Shown here: positions 30,911 through 51,800 of the stretch, one piece after another
How positions within the stretch are numbered: the stretch's first letter is position 1
How the letters are laid out: each line of letters begins with the position of its first letter
NCBI GenBank assembly: GCA_965153285.1
Contig: OZ229126.1
Length of the DNA stretch: 64,000 nt
Source of the DNA: Podarcis tiliguerta
Taxonomy: Eukaryota
Strand: one strand, 5' to 3'
Program-made: the position numbers and the translations under genes
The notes under the pieces: generated by a model
Told to the model about the DNA's origin: nothing
Database searches by the model: none
The model's input: the letters and a program-made list of their open reading frames with translations, nothing else

Positions 30911-40369
<9,459 letters not shown>

Positions 40370-40489
40370 TCAAGGGAAGGACAATACTTCAGAAGGCACA
40401 AGATGTAGTGCTATCTTTTAATTATAGAGGAGGAGGGGCTTGAGGGAAGGCATATTCATTAGTCAAGGGTTGCTTTCGAGCTTCCAGAA

Positions 40490-40495
40490 AATAAA
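40490..40495 (+). terminator. Polyadenylation signal of FAM162A
   Basis: AATAAA 120 nt after stop, followed by T/GT-rich sequence. Confidence 0.65.
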
Positions 40496-40602
40496 ATTAT
40501 TTTGTGGTAATCCTATGAAGAGTTCATATTTTGCTAGTATCCAGTAACTATTCAGTTTCAAAGAAAGCTAAATACAGTATCCAATTCCGTTCAGTTACTG
40601 TA

Positions 40603-40868
40603 CAGTGGTGCCTCGCAAGATGGAATTAATTCGTTCTGCGAGTTTTTCCGTTCTGCGAGTTTTTTCGTCTTGCGAAGCACCGCTGTGTATTGACGGTTTC
40701 CTATAGGAATGCATTGCCGGTTTAAAAAAAAAAAAGGCGCAAGACGTTTCGTCTTGCGAAACAAGCCCATAGGGAAATCCGTCTTGCGAAGCAACTCAGA
40801 AAACGAAAAACTCTTTCGTCTTGCGAGTTTTTCGTCTTCCGAGGCATTCGTCTTGCGAGGTACCACTG
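40603..40868. mobile_element. Tigger-like MITE family B (short interior)
   Basis: TA|CAGTGGTGCCTCGCAAGA...TCTTGCGAGGTACCACTG|TA. Confidence 0.88.
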
Positions 40869-40972
40869 TATGTATTAAAATATTCATTGCACCTTCTGTA
40901 TTGGTTGATAGGCTTGTTGAAGCAAGGTATTGAATTCACCTTGAGTGACTAATAGCATACATAGAAATCTCT

Positions 40973-40977
<5 letters not shown>

Positions 40978-41006
<29 letters not shown>
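40978..41006. repeat. (CA)n microsatellite
   Basis: About 14 CA units. Confidence 0.9.
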
Positions 41007-41008
<2 letters not shown>

Positions 41009-41595
41009 TGGTAGCATGGGTATCTTAATGGTGTGTGACCTAACGCTTCAAAACAGCAGTAATGGAATGTAGACGCTATCGCTTGTTCTCATATCATCTA
41101 CCAGCCGTGAATGTTTTGGGAAGCTAATATCTGTAATAATTCTGGTTTTCTGTTCTGTTGAAATCATCCTAAAACCTTTGATTCTAAACTTCATAATCTC
41201 TGGCATCTTCATTATTTCAGGATATAACTGGCATATGCGATTCAGCTCCAGTGCAGAACAAGTGCTCAGAACACAAAACTCAGACATCGAAGTTGACAGG
41301 GTGCCTAATTCAAAAGTCTTTGATAAACACAGGGAAGGTCAGAGGTCAGAAAGTCTGGCTATGCATGAATAGAGAAGCCTTTGCCCTGAGGATCAGGCAC
41401 TCTAAATACAACCCAGAGGATAGCACTAAAAGGAGACACAACTCAGGACTTCAGTCCTATACCCACTTACATGGATATAAAAAAGGCCCACTTCCTAGGG
41501 CAGAGGATGTTACTCTCAGTAGTAGCCTGTTATTTTCAAGGGCAATATATCTGAACTCACCTGGTTTATATAGGAGAAAGTAATGGCATGCAGTC

Positions 41596-41731
41596 CAGGC
41601 ATGGCCAAACTTGGCCCTCCAGCTGTTTTGGGACTACAACTCCCATCATCCCTAGCTAACAGGACCAGTGGTCAGGGATAATGGGAATTGTAGTCCCAAA
41701 ACAGCTGGAGAGCCAAGTTTGGCCATGCCTG
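41596..41731. mobile_element. hAT (Charlie-like) palindromic MITE
   Basis: CAGGCATGGCCAAACTTGG...CCAAGTTTGGCCATGCCTG. Confidence 0.85.
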
Positions 41732-43719
41732 GCACACACTCAGGGGTGTTATTGGGGCTCCTGCTAATTGAAGCCTCTGGCAAGCAAGGGCAGGTTTTTC
41801 TCAAATGAAGCCCCAACTCCAACCCATTGACTTTGTCCTGTAGAACTCAGTGGCATTTTGGGAACATGCTCATATGGAGATCCATTTGCTCAGGCTATAC
41901 CGTATTGCTGGCTTTCGTTACAAGGCAAACAGTCCACTTTGGGGGTTACAGAATTATCTCATCTGCAGCCTTTCATAGTTCAGTAGTTTGGCTTGGGCAT
42001 AATGTATACCAGATCCCATTTTTCTGGGTACCAAGAAGTTCCTTGAACACTGCAGGGTATGTCGTATGACACATTTCTATTGAGAGCCTTTTAACTTCTC
42101 TAATAAAGAAGAGCGCCACGATCTCTGAATATACAAATTCAGTTCTTGATAGAGCCTAGAAATAGTTTTCATTCTAATTCAGGTGTCTTGGGCTACATGT
42201 ATACAGAATTACTACCCAAAGCACAGGGCTAAATGTACATATTTCAAAATGTGTATCTTTAAATCATATATTCCTCCCCCTACCTTTTGTGGCCTGCCCC
42301 CCAGTAAACAGGAAGTAATTCTCTCATGCTATTATTAGACACACTATAACTTTGGGAAATGATTTATAGATTATGGTACGGACCCTAAATGCTTCCTTCA
42401 ATCAAATCACATTTGAATGAGGGTGCCGTCTCCCTTAAACCCAATATGCAACAATGGCGGTCTCTCTGCCAGAGGCATTCAGTACAGCAGCTTTGGACCA
42501 GTAGGGACAGAAGGCACAATCACTGCCAGGTTCATATCCATTTCCTTCCTGCCCTTGACCCCCCCCCCCCCAGGAAAAAATGCAGGCAGCGTTCTGCTCG
42601 TCCAGGTCAGCAGGTCAACACTGAAATAATATTTATGTGTTAGTGCAAGCCTTCAAAGGTTTAGGAAGTGTGGTTTGACGCTTCAACTCATTGCCCAGAA
42701 CTTTTATGCAGCCACCTCCATCTCACAGAGTTGACCTGCCGTCTCTCAACTTTGGATTGTACAGGATATTCTGATTTGGATATGTACATCACCACACCAG
42801 CTAACAGAAAGAAGCACCACATTAGCCCTACTTTTAAAAATGAAAGAAAAAGACAGCACTCCGTTTCACTTCTATGTATTTATGGTTTAATTCACTCCTT
42901 TAAAGAGAGAATTCATTATTTCCTAGCGGGAACACCAATGCACCACGTTCTCACTAGCTTGGGAGAAAAACTTTCGGTGTGAGAAAGATATAGGATGTGT
43001 GTAAATATACATATATACATACACATGAGCACACACGTTGGAGGAGTGTGCCTGTGCATATATACTCTAGGTAAGCACACACATATACACACGGTCAGTG
43101 TTTCTGCATGTGAGACATTTCTGTACCACAGGCACCCTTCACTGAAATTGGCTTACAAAATATGCAGCTTGCTGCCCCCCCCCCGAAAAACTACCAATTA
43201 AAGTACATGATTTGAAACAAATCTTATAGAAATGACATGTCATCAGTAATTTACACTTTAAAAAACTCAGCCACAAAAAAAATCTGAAAGCTGAAACAAG
43301 ATTGCTATTCATCAGTGCTGCTACCACCCTTAAAGAAACATGGTTTACTATGGGATATAAAGGCAACATTGAGGTTGTTATAAAGATTAGCCACCTAATT
43401 TAAAGAACAAACCAACCAGACTGTACTTCATTTTTTGCCCACAATACACCCCATGAAACTACTCTTCTCACACCTCGCTTACCTTTCTTGTACATTGTTT
43501 GCTTCCTGTTCATTGCGGATTCTTTCTCCCATCTGCGGTTTTGGTGCCTTTCCCCCCTTTTTAAACATCAATCCAGTCAATCTTGCTGGATTTGGTTACA
43601 TGATGATCCCACTATGCCGAATCAGAGAGAGGCCTAGATTCCTTCCCTCATAGGAGGGGGCCAACTTTTTTTGCCTGGTTTTAAATTCCCCCGGAACAAG
43701 AACCAAAATGGGAAATAGG

Positions 43720-44094
43720 TTTATTGCAAAACACATGCCCGCCCCCCCCCCATCTCAGCCCAGCCCTAATTTTACAGTTACAAACAACTGAAGTTGAAAT
43801 GGTAACCTAGAGATGCTTCTTCATAAAGCAGCACAAAACTAAAGGAAGTTAACTTAAGAGGGTGGAGGCTGATGAAGAATGGACAGAACTGGCAGCTGCG
43901 AGAGCTTCCATCCTAAAAGCACAGACGTAGATACAAAGTGTTCAGGAGAAGGATCAGCCACACAGAAGAACACTGATGAGACCATACCTCCTAATAGGTT
44001 GACAAAGTAAATTTCCTTGCAGGCGATGTCAGTTTTCTTCCGTTAATTATAACATGAAGAATCTCGTCAAACAATTCTGACAACAGAATTTATT
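43720..44094 (-). terminator. Two candidate KPNA1 polyadenylation signals (44089-44094 and 43720-43725)
   Basis: AATAAA hexamers on the minus strand 1.5 and 1.9 kb downstream of the stop. Confidence 0.5.
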
Positions 44095-45615
44095 ATGTAT
44101 TCACAATGTTTGTAATGGAAGGTCAAGTCCTGGAGAGTCAAACTGACCCAAGGTGCCGCCCGGTCAGGGAACAGGGTGCAAGCCTCCCGCGACATCCATG
44201 CATTCACAAAGAGTGAACAACACTGCTGATCATGGCTGATGCCAAGTTAAATTAAGACTATGCTGTCGGAGTCGGCTGGCCTTGGCCTAGGTGAAGAGGT
44301 TCAAAACAATTGGCGTTCATATCCAATGTCTTCAGTCCGAGCGTATCGGAGCGCCACCATCTTGGTGCTAGTCAAGAGAGCATTCTACAGACACACGGAG
44401 ACGGCACGACGACACCCCTGGTGGTTGCTGACGTGATGGCGTTTGGCCAGAGATCAGCTGTACTAAGGATTAAATGAGCGGTGTCAGTCAAGAATATTAG
44501 GCTGATGATTTCAGAACTTAGATTTCATTAGTCATAAGAGCGTTCTATGTGCCTTTAAGTGAAGTTTACAGAATCCAGGTGTCCCTTTCTGGCCTGACTT
44601 AGAAGCTACAGTCCACGTAAGCAGAGATGGCCCAGGGAGCCAGTTATCTTCTTTGCTTCAATATTTTAGCATATCAGGAATTTACAACAGAATGTGATTT
44701 ACAGGCAGCCCTGTTCAACCAAGACGTTTACAAAAACTCAAGCGCGGATTTCTCAGCAGGAACCATGTTAATGAGGACCACTTTCAAAACTTGAAAGAGA
44801 TTTCAGTCTGAATGTAGAGGGAGCCAATTGATGCTGTGGCAGATGAACAGGAACAGTTCCTCTATCCCGGACGTGATTTCGGACATCTTCAAAAGAGCCC
44901 TGGCTGCCCCACGGGAGGTACAGAGAGATGGGCTCTGTTGCTCATGCAGACAGAAGAGAACAAACCCCATGCAGTCGAAAGGGCAGCATAGGAATCCTGC
45001 CTGCTGTCAACTGTTCATTGTTCCAAGAACCTGGAGCAGCTTATTCACTGGCGGCTGTAAGTGCAGGGAACAGAGAGCTCCTTCCTGTATCTCTGTGTAT
45101 CATATATGTATATATATAGTATACATACATATATATATATATTAACAGAAGCCCAAGCTGCCACACACAGAACCACCACCATTCCAAATTCTGCGTGAGC
45201 CTCCAATGAGACAGGCACTCCAGGAGTGCCCGGAAAGGAAGTCTCTCGAATCCTCTTTGTCGATAGCAAGAACACTGCAACACACACACAGACACACAAA
45301 GGAAACTCCACCCTTGCTTTAAAATCTAGGATTACACCACTTTAGTGTGTACTTCATTGGGGAAAACTGACATCTTTGCAGAAGTGCCCAAGCTCTGGAG
45401 AGATGGGCACAGCAGCTAGGGTAAGCCCTTACCACCGAAGTGGCGTCCTGCAACAAAGAGCCAAATGTTTTCCAGTTGTGTTTGTAAGGAAGCGTGTGTG
45501 CAAAGCAAGCAAATGAGCTCACACAGGTTTATGGAAAACAGGGCCACTCTGTGGGCAACTCAGAGCTCTACAATAGGGCTGGATGGGCAAGTGCAACGCA
45601 GTGCACCGGAGAGCC

Positions 45616-45803
45616 TCACAGCTGGAACCCTTCCATGGGAGCCTCGCACTGCTGGAAGATGTACTGCTGCTGGCCAAGATCGACTTGGGGGGCAATGCTG
45701 CTGTCTTCCTCCTCCGTCCCAAAGTAGTGCTCAATCAGATCAAAGGCCTTCTGGTAGATTTCTTGGTTCTCGTGACTCTGCAGGAATTCAATCTTATCCA
45801 GCC
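45616..45803 (-). CDS. KPNA1: KPNA1 coding exon 13 (last)
   Basis: [62 protein letters not shown]. Confidence 0.96.
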
Positions 45804-48800
45804 CTGCAAGAAAAATACACAGAGCCCCTCAGTTCTTGAACATAAGGTATACCTGCCCTGTTTCATCTTTATCAACGATGGGGAACCTCTGGCTCTCCAG
45901 ATATTAGTGGATTCCTCATTACGCCATATCGTTTGCCATGCTGGTTGGGGCTGACAGTAGCTAGAGTCCCCAAACACCGAGATGGGCAGGTGGACACCTG
46001 GATAGCCCAGCATGTTGCTGAGAAGGGGGTGGGGCAAAGACGGAGCGAGATACACAGACCAGGCTATCTGAACTGTAGCTTCAATTAAAAACCAGGAGAC
46101 TCCATTGAGACCCCACAAAGATTCTAAAGGCAGAAGTTTCCATTGCTACTGGAGCTATCCCATCCCACAACTGCCTCTTCATTACTTCAGACTTTGCAGG
46201 TGCTGCTTAGGTAATGATGTGGTATAGAAATATTAAAATGCTCTGCAAACCCCTCTACTGTTATAATCCACAAAAATGCACTTAAGAGGATCTTTACGTT
46301 GTGCCCAGTGCAGCAGCTAAGCCTGCAGCCTAACTGCAAGATTTAGGTTATATTTATATTTTGGCATTTGTAAAGGACCCCTGGACGGTTAAGTCCAGCC
46401 AAAGGCGACTATGGGGTTGTGGCGCTCATTTCAGTTTCAGGCCAAGGGAGCCGGAGTTTGTCCACAGACAGCTTTCTGGGTCATGTGGCCAGCATGACTA
46501 AACCGCTTCCGGCGCAATGGCACACTGCGACGGAAACCAGAGCGCACGGAAACCTTCCCGCCACAGCTGTAACCTATTTATCTACTTCCACTGGTGTGCT
46601 TTCGAACTGCAAGGTTGGCAGGAGCTGGGACAGAGCAACGGGAGCTCAGTCCATTGCAGGGATTCGAACCACCAACCTTCTGAGTGGCAAGCCCAAGAGG
46701 CTCAGTAGTTTAGACCACAGCGCCACCTGTGCTGCAGACTGTAAGCAACCACAAATATGAAGAGGTATTTCCAAAATTCTGCTTTTATTTTGAAAAGAGG
46801 CACTGCCATTATCTTTGTATCCAGCATTTTCTGCAGAAATGAACCAAGTTGGAAAAGGTTCCGAAAAAGGCACAAAAATGATCAAGGGGGCGGAGATGCT
46901 CCCATATGAAGAATAGTCGCAGCATTTGGGACTTTTTAGTTTAGAGAAAAGGCAAATAAGAGGTGACCTGATAGAAGCCTATAAAATTATGCATGGCATG
47001 CAGAAAGACATAGAGAAGTCCCCACCCCCCTTGTAACACTAGAATTCATGAACATCCCATGAAACTGCATGTTGGAAGATTTAGGACAAATATAAGAAAG
47101 TACCGTATTTTTCGCTCTATAAGACACACCAGACCACAAGACGTACCTAGTTTTTGGAGGAGGAAAACAAGAAGAAAAAATATTCTGAATCTCAGAAGCC
47201 AGAACAGCAAGAGGGATCGCTGCGCAGTGAAAGCAACAATCCCTCTTGCTGTTCTGGCTTCTGGGATAGCTGCGCAGCCTGCATTCGCTCCATAAGACGC
47301 ACACACATTTCTCCTTACTTTTTAGGAGGGAAAAAGTGAGTCTTGTAGAGCCAAAAATACGGTACTTCTTCATGCAGTATATAGTCAAACTATGGAACTT
47401 GCTTCCTCAGGAGGCAGTGATAGCCAACAATCTGGATGATTTTGGAAGACGATTAGACAAATTCAAGGAGGAGAGGGCTATCTGTGGCTATTTCCTCCAC
47501 AGTTGGAAACCATGAGAGGGGAGAGTGCTTTTGTAGACAAGATGGACAACTGGCCTGATCCAGCAGACTATTCTTATGTTCCTAAATGCTACTTGAACTG
47601 GACAATTAAAGGCAACTGAGGAAGTATCAGAAGTTGTTACAAAGGAAGAGTACTAGAAAGAAAATTATGGGCAAGAAAATGTACAGTAGGTCCTCTCCCC
47701 CCCCCCCCCCCAACACTGAAAGAGTACAATTATGCTTGGAAAGTCTTCCATTTACTTTGAGGTCATAATGAACCATGAGAAACGAGGCAAAAGCTGGATA
47801 GTCTAATATGGATGTCACCCACCAGCACATCCCCTTACCGTAGGCTTCCTCAATGAGTGCACAGTATGGGTTAATGCCAGTTCCACTTCGCCTGGCTTCT
47901 TGTTCGCCCAGTCTCAGGATGTTTTCCAGCCCATTAAGAGCCACCTGCACAATCTTCGAGTCCATTACCGTAAGGAGGTCACAGAGTGGTTTGATGCAGC
48001 CAAGTTCTACCAGGTACCTGAAAAGCACAATGGATTGAGAATCAAGACGACGAGAGGATCCGGTTTGGCAAAGTGGCAGCACCACTTCTGGCATCTTGGT
48101 TAAGTCACTCTCAAAAACACGAAGTGTTCTCGAGAGAGAGGAACGGTGTTCCGCTCACGCATGGCCAGTGGATAACACTCAGTGGTATGAAGAATCTGGG
48201 CAGTTCTTCTAGAAAGCGAAGCCTTAGAAGAGGCTGACCAAAATAGTGTAGCCTGGAGTGGGGAATGTTAGGATATTTCCGTTCCACCTTAAAAGGGAGC
48301 AGGATGTTTGTGTTACAGCCTGCGCATTTCCTGTCTCACAGGATGTTTCTGTTGTGTCTTTTGCTTTCGTTTCTCTCTCACTGCCAGACATCTCTAGCAG
48401 GCAGGCATGGTTTTTCTCTGTTCTGATCAACACTGAATAAACTTCTATATAATGCTCTCCTGGGTGCAACTTTTGCTGTGCTTTATCTGCTGATAAGAGC
48501 GTGCATCGGCTCTAGAATATGGAAAGCTATTTCTGGAGCTCCTGTCGCTAATTGCTGATACTGCGTGTCTACGGGAGATTGATGGACGTCCGGAGACGAC
48601 ATGGAGGTCAAGATGGACTTTGTCTCCCTGGCAGTATCCCAACAGGGAAATCTCCGGATATTGCTGGACTGCAACTGCATAAACTCTGGCCATTAGCTAT
48701 GCTGACCAGAGGCTCCCCACTCCTGACAGAGATATGATAAAACTTGTGTGACTAGAGCAGGCATCTTTTGGTCAAGGGGGATGAGGAGTGCAGGAGAAAA

Positions 48801-51800
48801 GAGAAACTTTGCAGCCCCAGCTCTCAGCCCAACCCTTCCACCGTGAATATCTTTGTTTGGAAACCTTGCTGGCACTTACTTGATCTGCTCAGCAGAGCCA
48901 CCAGATGTTGCATTGGTAATAGCCCAAGCTGCTTCTTTTCTTGTCCGAAACTCGGCAGTTTGCAATATACTTATCAGAGCTGGGAAAATGTTGGCATCTA
49001 TGACAGTCTGAAAAATAAACAAGGTCTTAATAGCAGATTTAAAAATCGGGATTATTTGCTTCAACATAGTAATGTGACACAGAGTGCTACAGTGAGGGGG
49101 GAAAGTATTTGATCCCCTGCTAAATTTATCTGAGAAGACAGCCGGTTATGTCTCGTGTGTTTTCTGAGGATGCTTTATGTGACCATAGGTTTGTTTGTTG
49201 TTGTTTAGACCAAATAACCAGCTTGAGTTCAGCAGAAAGGGGGATGGCGCAGGTTACTCTAATCAAGGAAAGCTGGATTCAACAGTGGTTTTTGTTTGCT
49301 TGCTTTGTTTTGTATTCAACAGTATTGAGCATCTATCTCCAACTGGTCTAATATTTTGTGGGGGGAGGAGTAGCGTTATTCTCCTGTTCTCCTGACATTT
49401 TCCAGTTCTGATCTTGAATTTATAAAAGTCTGCTGAAAATGCCAAACGAGATACAGTGGTGCCCCGCAAGACAAATGCCTCGCAAGACGGAAAACCCGCT
49501 AGACGAAAGGGTTTTCCGTTTTGGAGGTGCTTCGCAAAACGAATTTGCTATGGGCTTGCTTCGCAAGACGAAAATGTCTTGCGAGTTCCTGCGGGGTTTT
49601 TTCCCTCCCCCCCCCTTTTCCCCAAGCCGCTAAGCCGCTTAACAGCTGATCCGCTAAGCCCGCTAAGAGCCCTAATCCGCTAAGCCGCTAATGGGCTTGC
49701 TTCAAAAGACGAAAAAAACCGCAAGACGAAGAGACTCGCGGAACGGATTCTTTTCGTCTTGTGAGGCACCACTGTACAAGCAAGAGCGTGTAATATTCTG
49801 CCAAAGTCTGCATGGACAGCAATAGGTCTAAGAATCTGATTTTGTGTTGGCAAGTGAACCTCTGAGCCAGCCCGCTTCATTACCTGAATCTGCGCTCTGT
49901 TTCCAGCTGTGATGTTTGATATTGTCCAACATGCTTCCTTTTTGATTGATTCTTTAGGACTGCTAAGCAAGTGTAGTAAACTCTGCAGAGCCGAACAATT
50001 CAATATTACCTGGGAAAGGGAAAGAAATTGATTTTAGACTGCATCCAGAAGATGGATCTAAAAATTCCATGCACACTTACCTTAAGCAAACATGAAGAAG
50101 GCATAATAGAGAGATTTTTTCCTTATCTAAAATCGAACGAATAGCTGAGAAAAAGCAGAAAGCTCAAGGAAGTAAAGGGGAGAATAAGATAGCAGTAGAT
50201 CTGCCTGAAGATAAAATCAAGTGGGAAGAAACGAAAAGAACGCAAGAGGCAGAAAAGGCAACATAAAGGCCTTTTCCGTGCACAGAAAGCACTGTCAATG
50301 ACAGAAGCAGATACTGAGCAGGGCATGAGAGTTTGAAGAACTTGACGGAGAAGACAGGTGCACTTAATACCTTTCTCGTCTCAGATTTAGTGGAAAGTAA
50401 GCTGTCACTGATGAGGACGCAGATATTCTAAGTAATGTAAGTGTTAATAATGTTAGAGACTGCATAGGTAGGCATTTTCATATTAACAAATCTAACCAAT
50501 GAGCCTAGATGTCTCACACACTAACCTTGTAAATATAAGGTGAGCAAGGAAGTAAATGTGAAAGATTGGAAAATATTATTTTGAAAGCTTAAATTTCTCC
50601 CGCAATGAAGTGGCAGGCTTTGCCAAAGAAGAGCAAGCAGGGGTTGTTTATCATTAGACTTTATTTAACAAGTCTCACAAGACTTGCTCTTGCAGCCCAT
50701 TAAGGATACAAAGGGTGGGTTTTGCCACAGCAGGTGCACAACTGACTGGAGAACTGCAAGCAAAGGACAGGAAGAAAGGATTCTGGAGAACATTACAAAG
50801 ATGTGTTTACAAATGCAGGTGCTCACCATGCAAGAGATGCAAAGAACGTCTACTCAAAACATCAGAGACCACCATGCTCAAAAGACAGGTTTACAATCTA
50901 ACACTGAGCAAGGGTGCATGCTCAAACTTGACTTGAAAACTCCAAGATGCTGAACTGAAATAAGGAAGTTGAGTAGCGCAAATAGTGCTTGGTTCCTAGG
51001 CACTAAAAAAAATCAGTGAAAAGGATGTGCACAGATACCCTATAGCCAACAAGCTCAAAGGGTGTTTCTCAAACTCTGGGTCCTGGCACTTTTCCTGAGC
51101 AGATTCCAGAAAGAAAGTCTCCCTGCCACAACTAGGTGAACAGCACACTATCACCGGGAGCATCACTGACGAGACGGACTCCTTCCCTTCCTGTCATGCT
51201 GAATTTCTATTCGGCTACATAGTGCCTATTTATACACCTATATTAGAATCATCATCATCAGCTTACTCACTATATTGATATGCTCACGTTTTCTGTTGTA
51301 GAGGAGGAAGGTCAGGCTCAAAAAAGTGGAGTTAGCATATAGTTGGCTCTGACTTCAAACATTTTGAGAAGCATGATACCAAAGAATGCCACGAGCGATT
51401 ATGTATGCCTTAAAGATTTAGCCGTATCCTAGAGCAGGCTTCCTCAACCTTGGGCCTCCAGATGTTTTGAGACTACAGTTCCCATCATTCCTGGCCACTG
51501 GTCCTACTAGCTAGGGATCATGGGAGTTGTAGGCCAAAAACATCTGGAGGCCCAAGGTTGAGGACCACTGTCCTAGAGAGTTGGAACTAGCAACCACAGG
51601 CATGAGTACTTCAAGGAGAGCGCAGGCCAAGGGCACCAGGAGTAAGGCCAATGTAGCTTTCTGAACACAGGATTTCAAGGCACAAAACCTCAAGGAGGTT
51701 TAAGGGGGGGAAAGGGTTGAATCCAATGAAGCCATTGTATGGGCAGAAAGAGTTCTATTTGCACAATAGAACTTCTCCTCCTCCAACCCCCATACCTGCT

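Noticed and set aside
50400-50470. C/D box snoRNA candidate (TGATGA) in a KPNA1 intron
   Set aside because: Wrong strand relative to the host gene, with no D box or terminal stem.
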